Assembly (NCBI GenBank): GCA_964016885.1
Contig: OZ024749.1
Coordinates: 16,678,001 to 16,742,000 of the forward strand
Direction: 5' to 3'
Length of the DNA: 64,000 nt
From: Eledone cirrhosa
Lineage: Eukaryota
In this document: positions 26,521 through 46,251 of the stretch, in pieces
Numbering within the stretch: position 1 is the stretch's first letter
Layout: each line of letters opens with the position of its first letter
Position numbers and translations under genes: made by a program
Notes under the pieces: model-generated
Told to the model about the DNA's origin: nothing
Seen by the model: only the letters and a program-made list of their open reading frames with translations
Databases searched by the model: none

Positions 26521-27001
26521 TAAATAGATACGGATGCTAGGTAAAGCAAGTGAGTGGATGTTAGGTAGACAGGGAGAGAATTGAAACGAGAAAGTGCTAG
26601 ATAGAAAATTTAGATAAAAGTGAATGTGTAACTGTATAAGATATACAAAACAACGAAAAAGAAAAAAAAAAGAAAGATTACTAAATATATTGAATGCTAA
26701 ATAGAGAGTTAATATAGCTATAGTTATGAAGAGATAGAACGTTGAATAGCAAGAGAAAAACAAAACAAAAAAAATGAAGGGAAGAGTACAGTTTATAAGA
26801 AAGCGTTGAAGAGAAAAGATAGGGGTACTATGAAAAAATAAAATAGCACTTGAAAGAGAATATACGTATGTGAGAGAAAGTAAGACACAGAAAGTTAACA
26901 GGGAGTATAAAGAAAGACAGAGAGAAAGAACAAGAAAATTTAGAGGAAAGGGAGAAAAACAGTTAAAGTAATGATACGAGCCGAAATACGATTCTCGCTG
27001 A

Positions 27002-27032
<31 letters not shown>

Positions 27033-27493
27033 TGTCAAATGTCTAACTTTTCTTGACTTTATATTTGGTCTTGAAAACTAAAGTACGTATTATTTCCTTT
27101 TCCACCACAACACAAACATTGTGAACTTTTCTATCTGAAGTGAAATATCTTGAATTATTACAACACTTACACACATATTTCTACACACACACACACACAT
27201 CTCTCTATCTCCTCCCTATCTCTCTCACACACTCTCTCTCTCTCTCATTGAATTATATAATATACGCTTGAATTTTCTTCGTCGAAAATCAGTCTTGGGC
27301 TGTCATATATCTTATTACGTGTACCAACTAAATGCTACATTACAACTATGTAGAAGAAGAAAGCGGAGTTCTGCAGTCTTTTATGGACCCTTTGTATATT
27401 AGACTACATAGCATATAATAACGATATCTACATTTCTTAATATATAAGTAAAAGTGGTGAGAATCCTTTATGTAAAGATCACTAGCTAGAAAT

Positions 27494-28010
<517 letters not shown>

Positions 28011-30079
28011 TCCTTCTCTTATACATCTCAACATATATATGTGTGTGTGTGTATATACATGTATATACACACACACACCCAAGCGGAAGAAATATACTCC
28101 CATATATCGAAGATTACCACAATAACTAGGGAGCGGAGGATAATATATGCTGGACATTGCTACGGAGGGTAGGATGACCTGATGAGCTGGCTCCTGTGGT
28201 GGATACCTAAACATAGTAAGACCCTAGTGGGATGACCGAGATTGACCTACATAGATCAGATGTCTCTGGATGTCCAGCTGGAGATTAATTATCTTAGGAA
28301 TGCCATGGAAGATCGTGATATCTAAAAAAGGAGAGTAGAATTGTTCTGGCCAATCCACCTGACTTAATAAATGATAATGATAATAATATATATTAATGAA
28401 CATTTATTATGGTGAAATATGTTGGAAATTATTCTCAGAGGTTTTGTATTGTAATCCACTTCATATTATTTGTCATTAAGGTTTTCTTATAGATATACAT
28501 TCTCATTTCATTGTTGAGGGTGGTGGATTTGCAGAATCAGTAGTGTGTCAGACGATATGCGGTGTCATATAGTTACATCCCTTTACATTCTGTATTAAAA
28601 TCTTGCTGAGGTTAGCTTTACTTTTCTTCCTCAGAGGTTCAGTAAAATAAAGTACCAGTAATCCACTGGGTGTTGATTTAATCAACTTTCTCCTTCCCTC
28701 CCAATTGTGGCCTAGAGTTAAAAGTAAAAATATTTATTTAAAGTCTATAAAACAATAGATAGAATGCTTTCTGCCATATTTGTTCTGGTTCTCTGCTCTC
28801 TGGGTTTAAATCCTGCTGAGGTCAACTTTGCCTTTCGTCCATTCAAGGTTGATAACAAAAAAGTACCAGTCTACCACAGAGGTCTGTTCTTCCTCTCTAT
28901 ATTTCTTTCTCACTTCCTCTCTCTCATTCTCTCTCCTTCTCTGGAAGTAATCAACTGTTCAAACCTGGTGAGTGAAGGGCTCCACCAAGCCTCAAATGTC
29001 CACAGTGGCACCCCTATGTCTCCATCAGTGCAAGAAAAACAAAACAAAAGATCAATGTGTTTATTTTATAAACCTCAACTGATTTATATTCATATTTGTG
29101 ACAAAATATCCACATTTATGTTTAAATAAAAACAATTTTACAACTTTAATATTTGTTGGATGGTACAGTCATGACAGTTCAAATAAGGACTTTTTAAAAA
29201 AATTAACATTTGAAAATACTTTACAACTTTCTTTTCTTTATCTTTACCCATTCCTGAGAGGGTTGTAGGGGGTAGAGTCCTCACACACCCCTTCTAGGTC
29301 ATGTGTTTGTAAAATTTCCTCTATATACCACATCCCACACAACAGACATACATCATACCACACCACATACAAACCAGGTAGTTATACCAACCCAGTATTT
29401 TGGTTTAGTGATTTTTTTTGTAACAAATCTCAACATCCCAGACCTTAGCAACTGGAGTGGAACTCATCAGATTGGACATTAAATGATGAGCTGTGACATC
29501 ATTGGTGTTAACCTGTTTCAGCCATTCCTTTGGACAACATAGTGTATGTATATTTGGTTTCCTACTTAGAATTTTAGTCTACAACTTCAGTTATACCATT
29601 TACGTGGTTTTGTCTTTGCGTGCAATTGTTCTCCCCGCTCCACATATGACGTATTATCTTCGTTTTTTCCGTTCATTGCCAGAGAACGTCTCTATGAACC
29701 ACCTAATAGAATATTAGTGTACGACTTCTTTTATACCATAAATGTGATTTTGTCTTTGCGTGTAATTCCACCGCTCCAAATAAAGACGTATTATATTCGT
29801 TTTTTCCCGTTCTTTGCCAGGGAACATTTCCACGAACCAAAGTATTGTCTTCCTGTCTTCCTCCAGTTGCAACGTTTTTTGAAATATTCACTTCTGCGTT
29901 CACAGATTGACTTTGTTAGTTTCAGAAGATCCCGTTAAGGGTGAAAGCAGCGATTCCTTGATCTGTTATTTTAATAAATATATATATATATGGAGAGAGA
30001 GAGAGATCATATATATATATATTTGTGTTCAAGAGACTAGGTGGAGGGGTGCGTCTGCTAGATTCATTGTGGGTAAACA

Positions 30080-31025
30080 ACGATGTTATAAACCTTTCTG
30101 GGTGGGAAATGACAATGGGATGGGGGAAGTAGAGAACACTATCAAGTGGCTAGGAGAGAATCTAGGAGACAAGTGTACCTTGCAAGAAGGGAAGCAGGGG
30201 ATAGAAAGTTCAAGCATGTTTTACAACACAAGGACCAAAAACGTGAGGTGTTCAGGATTGCAAGACAATGTGTCAAGGAAAATCGTGATATCTTCGGCGA
30301 GAAGTTTGTCCGTAATGATGATGGTGTACTTGCCCTCACTTTTACTGATAAGAAGATAGCTTGGAAGTGTCACAACGAGAGGCTACTAAATGAGTAGAAT
30401 AACTGGGAAAAAGATAGTCTGCCCCAAATTGATCCAATAGAGGGTGCAAGTTAATGGTAGTATAATAAGTAAGGCAATCAAAGATATGAAGACAGGCAAG
30501 ACAGCTGGGCCTTCGGAGATAGTTGCTGAGATGTTGAAAGCATCTGGACTGGTGGGACATACTATGGTCACACAGATAGTAAACCAAGTAATACAGAATG
30601 GGGTCAAACCAAATGACTGGCGTAGCAGCATCATCGTTAACTGCTACAAGGGTAAAGGGGATGCTCTAGATAGGGGAAATTATAGAGGTATTAAGTTAGT
30701 TGACCAGGTCATGAAGGTCACAGAAAGAGTTATAGCACAGCTAATCAGAAACTGAATTGATCTAGATGAAATGCAGTTTTGGTTTGTGTCAGGTAAAAGT
30801 ACCACAGACGCTCTTTTCCTTGTACGACAACTACAGGAGAAGTACCCAGCTAAAAGTAAACCCCTATACTTAGCTTTCATTGACTTGGAGAAAGCCTTAG
30901 ACAGAGTCCCCAGCTACATTTTCTGGTGGACCCTTAGAAAACTAGGAGTAGATGAATGGCATGTGAGAGCCATGTATAAAGAAACAGTCATCAAGGTGAG
31001 AATTAACAATGAATATAGTGAAAAA
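30080..31025 (+). mobile_element. RTE LINE ORF fragment (degraded)
   Basis: KTAGPSEIVAEMLK, YKGKGDALDRGNYRGIKL, AFIDLEKALDRVP with stops. Confidence 0.9.
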
Positions 31026-31420
31026 ATGATAGGAAGGAAGAAATAGAATGGGTACCAACAAAGATATTTATTTCTCTGTTGTTACGAGCCTTCCATTCTT
31101 CGCAGTAATCTCAGATAAATCATTGAAACTGCAGGTGGTCTTAGATCTGATGAATGTATTTTAATATTTGTGACCTCCTCTCACCTATTCTATTTCTTCC
31201 TTCCGATCATTTTGTTGAGTCAACTCACATCAAGCCGCTGATTTATGTCCTTCGAGGTAATGTTTTACCCAACACAGCTTTGATGGTATTTTGCTGTTTA
31301 AACACCGAGTTTTTCCATTATATATATATGTATGTAAAGAGTAAACAGAAATAACAACACAATCGGTACAGTATATGAAAGGAATATATTAGGTTAATGC
31401 TTGAAATAGTAGGAAGAGGG

Positions 31421-31454
31421 TCTTAACGTTTCGGACACTAGTCCTTAATCAGAG
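31421..31454 (-). ncRNA. Minimal type I hammerhead-like motif, core mutated
   Basis: TCT CTGATTA A GGAC tagt GTCC GAAA CGT TA AGA; core CUGAUUA instead of CUGAUGA. Confidence 0.55.
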
Positions 31455-32543
31455 AAAGAATGACAAATTAGTTAGATTGAAGGGACGGGCAGGATGGAAT
31501 TGGAAAAAATATCTTTAGATAACAGGTCCATTCATGTTGACATCTCTTGGAAAACTGTTGATGCTGGCGTTTTGTGTATGATATATTTTGTGTTAAAAAC
31601 TCACATTAATCCCCTATAATTTAAGGAGCTCGAGGATTAGATTCCGGGTTCTTTATAAATCACCATATAGAGAGAAGTACACATAGAGATATGTGTTCAA
31701 TCATAGGGGATTAAAAACCACCAGAGTGACGAACATATTAACTACGGAAGTAATGCTGGTTACAAATCAATTAAAATAATATATTCAAGTGTACTAACCA
31801 TCTATTTAACATCCAGACATGCTCAAATAAGAGTATGTTTCGCTATAAAAGTGAAGAATATATATTGTAGATGTAGCTCATCGGCGGATACCTATCAATA
31901 TGAACAACACTTCTAAAAATATATTAGATAACTAAGAAAACACGAATGGTATAGGAAAAGACATGTTTTATAGCCCATGGTGGTGTGAATAGAACAAAAG
32001 ACCGCTAAAAATATATATGATAATGATGATGATGATACGTCTAGAAATATATTTTTATCACATGTATGTTAACATACATATGAAAATTTGGAGCTGATTT
32101 AGTTGCCATTTCTAACATTTTTCACGTTACATATTTTTATTGTTTGGCTGCCATTTCTAGCATTTGTATTTACCACACAGACCGAAAAGTTTAACAAAGG
32201 GGAATAAATCTTTAAAGTTTGTTTGCTATTATCTCCCTTTGACTGTAAAATTTATGATAGTAATCTAGACTAGAGAGACCCTCACTAAATGTCCTTATAA
32301 CTTTCTTAATAACATATTTTGTAATAACATTTTGCAGAGATACGAATTACAGTTGGAACTGAAATTACAATATATCTTTACGTACAAATGTACTAAGGCT
32401 AGAAATTACCAGGTAGGGTGTACAGTTTTTATCATATTTCCTATTTAGTAAAATAAACTATTTTATCACAATATAAAGAAAGAGGATATAGATTTGTTTG
32501 GTATTTCTAGCGTTGTTTATGACACACACATATATATATATAT

Positions 32544-32601
<58 letters not shown>

Positions 32602-32779
32602 ATATATGTATGTGTGTGTATATATATATACATGTGTATATATATATATATACATGTGTGTGTGTGTGTGTATATATATATACATATATATATATGTTGT
32701 TTATACACATACATACATACAAATGTATATATATATACATGTATATATATATACATGTATATATATATATATGTATATA

Positions 32780-32813
<34 letters not shown>

Positions 32814-34059
32814 TGTATACTTCGATTTTGAATTTGTTTTTCAAGATTGTTTACCTGAAAACGGGTTGTAACAGATATCGTTATACTTTGGGAGGGTCAT
32901 GCTGCCAATAAAAACACACGCACCTTTCGGTTTCACTTCAATTTATTAGTATTATTATTTGGCTAGTTTAATAACCAGATGGTTGTTTAGTTGTTGATTG
33001 TCAAAGATCTTTTGTCACACATTCTGTCACCTCCTCAGTGACTACTTTTGTAGTTATTTTGTGTCACTTCCTATTTTGTACTACATCAACTTGTTTTTGT
33101 GAAAATTTGAAATGAAATCCAGCAGCTGTGTAGTTTTATTGGCAGCAGGACCCTTCCAATGTATACCAATATGTATATGTCATCAACATATATATATAAT
33201 AAGGATAATGTGAAGTTTGGTGTAGATGTTAAAAGTTCCTTTATTAACAAAGCTGTGATACACATTATAATGACAATCATGGTTACATGATTGAACAATC
33301 ATGGTCACATGAAAGTACATTAATGGTATCTCAAATGAGTCCCTATCATATAAGGTTATAAATTTAAGTATCTTATCTATAAATTACAGTGTAGTCTATC
33401 AAGAAGTACTAAAGGTGTTCATATTAGGATGATTACCTTCTATCATAGAGTACCACAACCGAATATTCTACATGAAGAGTCAGATCTCCAAATCAATGAT
33501 CTATGTAAGTGTAGTCCACCCGCAGAACCTGGCAGGGTCTTATTAGAATCACTTCTATATATGACTCCTGGTAAGCTCTGAGTCATTGCATGTCTGATTG
33601 CATGGCAAAGTTAAATATCACTAGGGTAGTCCAGAGATCAATTCTAACTCACAAAGACACTAATCTGACCATCAAGTCATACATGTATTTATAACTCATA
33701 CATCACCTATACATAATTCATTGCACTCAGCATATAGATTACATAGCTCTTTTATGTTAATAAATTAATTACTTAATCTTCCATTTATCCAATGATGGCA
33801 CTCTATACACAGGACAATGTTAGCACAACCAATTCCGTGCTTAAAGTTTACATTAATTATATATTGGTGTAATGTAGTCTAAGTAATTGAAGGCCAATAT
33901 ACCAAAAGTAGAAGTACATGGGGATATCTCTAGGGTAAAAGGTACTAGGAGGATGTCACTATTTGCGTTAAAGTGGATTAATGGGTGTGGAGGTGAGGTG
34001 TAAGGTGTGCCCCTGATGTTTGTTGCTAGAGGTGGTGACGGGTTCAAGTCTGACATTGT

Positions 34060-37085
<3,026 letters not shown>

Positions 37086-37119
37086 TTATTATTATGTAAT
37101 AAACAACATAAGGCAATTA

Positions 37120-37179
37120 TTCCATTTACCAGTGGTTTCTTAAAAGCAAAAGGTTTTGCTTTCAATCCTCAGAATGAAA
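37120..37179 (-). ncRNA. Type I hammerhead ribozyme
   Basis: TTTCATT CTGAGGA TTGAAAGCAAAA cc TTTTGCTTTTAA GAAA CCA c TGG TA AATGGAA: three stems and a GUA site. Confidence 0.75.
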
Positions 37180-37312
37180 AAATCCTGGTTTGTTTATTGA
37201 ATTTGGATCTTAAAAACAAAAAAAGCAAGCTATATGAAAGTGAGGCTGGAGAAGGAAGAAGGAAAGGAAAAATAAAAATAAAATAAGACTACCCATACAA
37301 CCACACATACAC

Positions 37313-37360
<48 letters not shown>

Positions 37361-37881
37361 ACACGCGCATACACACACACGTTATTCTGGGTTGAATCGG
37401 AGGCAGCCACAGTAAGCAAGGCACTCAGTACACCGCAGAGCATGAAGGTTATAATACAGATGACACACACACACACACACGCATGTGTATGCGCGCACGC
37501 GTATACAAATATAAATATATTTCCCCCATACACATGTGTGTGCGCGCATACGCGCAGGGTATGTTCTGTTGAAAGTGTCTCGTGAATTTATGGCTACAGT
37601 TGTATAGATTATACTTAGAAATTGTCTACAGAATTCCCTAAACCTTCGTCAATTTACTAGAACCTTTAAGAATTTAGCTTTTAAGGAATCTCCCCTTCCT
37701 CCAAAACTATCTACCATGACTGACCCCATACTGATCTTACAGACACCTGTAAGCTAAAGAGAAAGCTAATGATAAGGATTGGCTCCAATCTGAATACAGA
37801 AATCTGTCTGCCTTTGTTCCTCTAAGAACAAACATATACAAACATTCATACACACACAAACATATTTACACACACACACGC

Positions 37882-37916
<35 letters not shown>

Positions 37917-38049
37917 TACACACACACATACACACATACACATACACACACACACACATATACACACGCATATATATACACATATGTATATATACATATA
38001 TGCGCGTGTGTACACGCATACACATACGTACACAAAGCCATACCCACAC

Positions 38050-38124
<75 letters not shown>

Positions 38125-38663
38125 AATATATATATATATATATATATACATACATACATTCACACAATCAAGCATATATACACACGTACATGCATACACA
38201 TACATAAATGCACTCCTCTACATATTCACACACGCAAATAAATATAAGAAAAAAATATATATATATATTATAAAAATATTGAGACCGTTACATAAGGCAG
38301 CAAACTGGACAGACAAGCGTGGTAAGAAACACACACAAAAGCACATATACATACGCACGAAATAGTCAACGCATTCACACACTCTCACACATAAAAAAAA
38401 TTTTAAATACAAATACATAACCGCATACATACGCATACATGCATAACCACGCACAAGTGTACAATCTATACACACACACATGTGTATACAACTATATGCA
38501 CACACACACAAATATGCATACATAAACACACATATATATACATAAATACAAACGTACACACACACATATATATACACGTACACATACACACACATATACA
38601 TAAATAGCTAAACAATTATACACATACAAATACGTATATATCATAAACACGCACAACAGAACA

Positions 38664-38709
<46 letters not shown>

Positions 38710-38754
38710 TACAATTATCAATATATACACACGCACATATGTACACACACACAT

Positions 38755-38805
<51 letters not shown>

Positions 38806-38971
38806 TGCATATACACATATACACACATACACAACCACGCACACACACATGCATACGCATACACACACGTATATGCGTGTGTGTATGTAAAACTCAATCT
38901 TAGATAAATCATAAGGACCTTACATATACGTATATATAGTAGTAAAGTATTAAGGCAACATAAGGCAATTA

Positions 38972-39033
38972 TTCCATTTACCAAGGGTTTCTTAAAAGCA
39001 AAAAAAAATGTTTCTACAATCTTCAGGATGAGA
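38972..39033 (-). ncRNA. Degenerate hammerhead, paralog of 37120-37179, ~390 nt 3' of the PLE ORF
   Basis: CTGAAGA..GAAACCCTTGGTAAATGGAA; stems eroded. Confidence 0.55.
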
Positions 39034-39164
39034 GAAACCTGGCTTATCCACACATACACATATATACACACACACACAAATACATACATATATAAATACA
39101 TACACACAGGCACACACACACATACGTATAAACATATATACATACACACATACACACACATATC

Positions 39165-39200
<36 letters not shown>

Positions 39201-39417
39201 CATATATATACACAAATATACACACACATACACATAGGTATGTGGAGGGCAAGGCAAAAAGAATATATGTGGGGGGGGGGGGGGGCATAGGAGAAGGTAA
39301 AATATAAGGGGAGGTAAGGGAGAAAAAAAATATATAATAAATGTAAGTATACAAGAGTACAGAACGTAGAAACAGTAAAATAAAAACCGTAGCAGAAGTA
39401 AAGAGCAGGAAAGGAGT

Positions 39418-41555
39418 TCAAGGCGGTTGATTTCTCATAGGAGTGTCAATCCAGTTACAGATCAGGTGCGGTCTCAGATGAGGACAGCATCTGAAGATCT
39501 CAGTCTTTGAATTAAGGCAAGCGGAAGTGTCTCTCAAGTTTAGCAAAATCCTATACTTTTCTGTGGTACACAAAGAACAATTCTTTGTGCCCCTTTGGTA
39601 CTCCCTCGAATGGTCTAATATAGACCAATCAATAGAGTACGGGATGTTACTATCCTTGAGTTCCCACACCTTACTTGCGAGGGCTGTTGATGTTCGTTTA
39701 TCAGAGTGCTTAAAAGAAGCGACATGTGAGTAAAATCTGGTTTTAAACCTGTCCTGGGTCATACCGACATATCGCTCACTCCTGGCTGGCTGGTTGTTGA
39801 TTACTGGTGTTATCGTAGCCTCATAAACGACAGATTTAGTGTTACATCTACCCTGCAATGGGCATTCGTCCGGCTTCCTGCAACTGCATCCTGGATTTAT
39901 TCTCGTCCGGTTTGAGCTGGTGATTTTGGACTTCATGGATGGGCAACAAGAGTAGCTGACCTTGACTACGTTCCTATTAAATATCTTATAGTATCTATGA
40001 TTAGGAGGAAAATGTTTGTCTAATAGTTCAAGGAATTTCCTTCCTACATTAGTTTTGACAGTTAGAGAGAAGGGGGGTGTGAACCAAATAATCTTCCTTT
40101 TCCTGTTATTGTGGTTAGTTTTAGGGGGGGGGGGGGAGTAGGTAAATAAAAAAAATTTTCTGTAAAACCGCTGTTCTTAAGGGCTTTATTATAATAAGGG
40201 GCGGCTTTATTAAAAATGTCTATAGACGAAGATAAGGTAGAAATCCTACGGCTAATGTTAGGAATAAGATTATTAAAATCTATAGGGGGATGGCAAGACT
40301 CTTTGTGTATATACCTAAGATTTTCGTTAGGTTTATGGTAGGGTTTAAAAGAGGCAGTAAGTAAATCAAGATTAATATCAAGAAAGTTAGCATTAGTAAG
40401 GTTCGTATCTATAGTAATTTTAAGGTTAAGATTAGCAAAAGTATTGATTAAATCTTTACGGAATTTATCAAGGTCATGGCCGTTGGTGGTATGAGAAACT
40501 GCTAATCCGTCATCACGGTATAAACCGATATTATGGGACGGAAATTTCTCTTTGAGGGTGTGGAGAAGGAACAATCCAACTAAGTCACACACATCCGCAC
40601 TGTCATATGAACCCATTGCGACATCAAAAGAGTTTTCAGCGTTTCACTTTTTAACCCAAATATTATCATTAGTAAAAAGTAAAGTTTTTCTAGCATGGAG
40701 GATAATGTCTTCTTCTAATTTAGAAATATTAATGGAGGGTCTTGCAAAATCTAAGGCCTTAGTTAATAAGGAAACAGTAATAGAAGGGTAAAAATCGACA
40801 ATATCAAACTGGGTAAATCTACACTTATTTTTACCTTGTATATTATTGAACCAAGAAATAACAGAGGAAGTATTTAGCCACTGTGATAGGTCAGTGTTAG
40901 TTCTGATTTGGAGAATTATTTTTCTTAAGATATTCTTACTAGCAAGGCCAACCTCGGATTTAACCGGGTTAATCAATCTACAACTAGGTCGATTAGTAAA
41001 GTCCAATTTATGGTCTTTAAGGGTAATATATTCTTTACGCTTAGCTAAGCTTTCAATCTGGTTATCTATTTATAAAGAACGAGCTAGTTCTTTAGCTTCT
41101 TTATTGATAGTATTGTAGGTATTATTATTAGTTAATATATATTCATTGGTAATACTATTAGTTAAAAGTTGGTTATACAAAGTACTATTAACTTCAAAGA
41201 GGTTTTTAGTTTTATCAGAAAGAACGAAAGTGTTTGTAGAATTTCTAAAATTAGAAATATCGTTAGAAAGCTTGGTTTGAAAGTAATGATTGTACTTACG
41301 AAACTTGATATCATTAATTAGATTAACGAGGTCTAATTCGAAGTTGGCCATGTCTTTAATTCTAGGTGGATATTTACGAGATTTGATGTCAAAACAATCT
41401 TTAGTATCAGCCCTGAATAGTCCGTCGTAAACCATTGCCTTCCATCTCATTCTTTTAACGACTTGTTCGATTTTGTCTATGAGAATTTTGGTGTAAGTTG
41501 TGTTGGAAGGAGTGGGTATATTTTTGATTGAATAATCCAAATAATAAAGGTCCAT
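39418..41555 (-). mobile_element. Near-complete Penelope-like element (Naiad-like) with several frameshifts
   Basis: YSIKNIP..KRMRW, SDKTKN, CRLINP.KSE, QFDIVDFYPSI, MGSYDSADVC, GLYRDDG, CSCRKPDECPL, YVGMT..FKTRFYSH GIY-YIG. Confidence 0.93.
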
Positions 41556-41583
41556 GGTGTATGTTGGTTAAATTCCTGAAAAC

Positions 41584-41619
<36 letters not shown>

Positions 41620-41646
41620 CATATATATACATATATATATATATAC

Positions 41647-41689
<43 letters not shown>

Positions 41690-41692
<3 letters not shown>

Positions 41693-42395
41693 ATAAATGT
41701 AAGTATCCATGTATACGTACATACATATATGTATACAGACGTACAGTAGCATGCACATATATATATATATATACATATATACATACATATGCATACAGGT
41801 ACACATCCGTTAATTTTCATAAGGAAAGTATATACTTTCGAACGTTCAACTATCTGGCAGATGGGTAAACGGTGCTGATGATAGCTAACAAGCTTGAAAC
41901 TAGTACATCGTTCCTGTGTCAGTGTTGAACAAAAAGGTGACGTGGTTGCCTTAACACCGTATGGCATAAATTCAGGCTGTTCAGTTTGTTTACAAACGAA
42001 CAAAGCGACGTTATAATAAGCGCCGCTAAACTGATACGTGCATATATGTATGTGTACCTGTATGCATATGTATATATATATGTATATATATATATATATA
42101 TGTGCATGCTACTGTACGTCTGTATACATATATGTATGTACGTATACATGCATACTTACATTTAAGTAAGTGCCATACTAAGAGTGAGAAATGAAATTTC
42201 GTTTTCATTTTGTTTCAATTTATCGTTTTCGGTATGCCTGACCGATTTAACTCACTCAATATGCAAATTAGGCTGCTCAGCCGTTAATTTTCATAAGGAA
42301 AGTATATACTTTCGAACGTTCAACTATCTGGCAGATGGGGTAAACGGTGCTGATGATAGCTAACAAGCTTGAAACTTTTCATTTTGTTTCAATTC
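41690..42395 (+). mobile_element. Hammerhead/retrozyme-like repeat variant B: ~1.2 monomers of 474 bp plus an inverted 5' fragment (41690-41806)
   Basis: CCGTTAATTTTCAT at 41807 and 42281; octamer 42261-42268; flanked by (TA)n. Confidence 0.8.
41868..41912 (+). ncRNA. Minimal type I hammerhead ribozyme
   Basis: AACGGTG CTGATGA TAGC taacaa GCTT GAAA CTAG TA CATCGTT; truncated second copy at ~42343-42375. Confidence 0.75.
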
Positions 42396-45751
<3,356 letters not shown>

Positions 45752-45829
45752 ATAAATATATGCTTTCATAGAAAAAGCATATAACGATATGTGCTTTTAC
45801 GATTCTCTAGAAAGGCCGGAAGATAGGTA

Positions 45830-45874
45830 AATATTGCTGATGAGTTGTAACAACAACGAAACTAGTTCAATATT
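45830..45874 (+). ncRNA. Type I hammerhead ribozyme (representative of 12 copies)
   Basis: AATATTG CTGATGA GTTGT aaca ACAAC GAAA CTAG TT CAATATT: 7-bp stem I, 5-bp stem II, intact core, palindromic minimal stem III, GUU site. Confidence 0.9.
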
Positions 45875-46203
45875 CCTTGTCTGGCTTTCTGGAGAATAGA
45901 GGAAAGGTGTTTCCTCAAAAACCAGTATGACTCTAAAAACCGGTTTGTCTGTGTGTTTACATACAGAATAGCTGGCCACTCACAGTAAAGTGACCAGTGA
46001 AAAAACTTGGTACATCTACATATGTATACGTGTGTGTATTCATATACATACTAGTATTTCAGTATACATATATGGATGTACATCTTTAACTTAATTGTTT
46101 AAGCGTCAGTCATACAAAAGTGAGTTACAAACGAAACGAAATTTAATTTCGTTTCGTTATTTGTTTTTATCGTCTCCGTTGAACCGGTACTTACTCACAC
46201 TCT

Positions 46204-46251
46204 ATGCAAATTAGTCTGCCCACTACTAATTTTCATAGAAAAAGCATATAA
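46204..46251 (+). promoter_or_regulatory. Putative snRNA/U6-type promoter module (octamer + PSE-like + TATA-like), one per monomer
   Basis: ATGCAAAT at 46204-46211, TAATTTTCATAG from 46227, ATATAA; same motifs and spacing in variant B (42261-42308). Confidence 0.5.
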
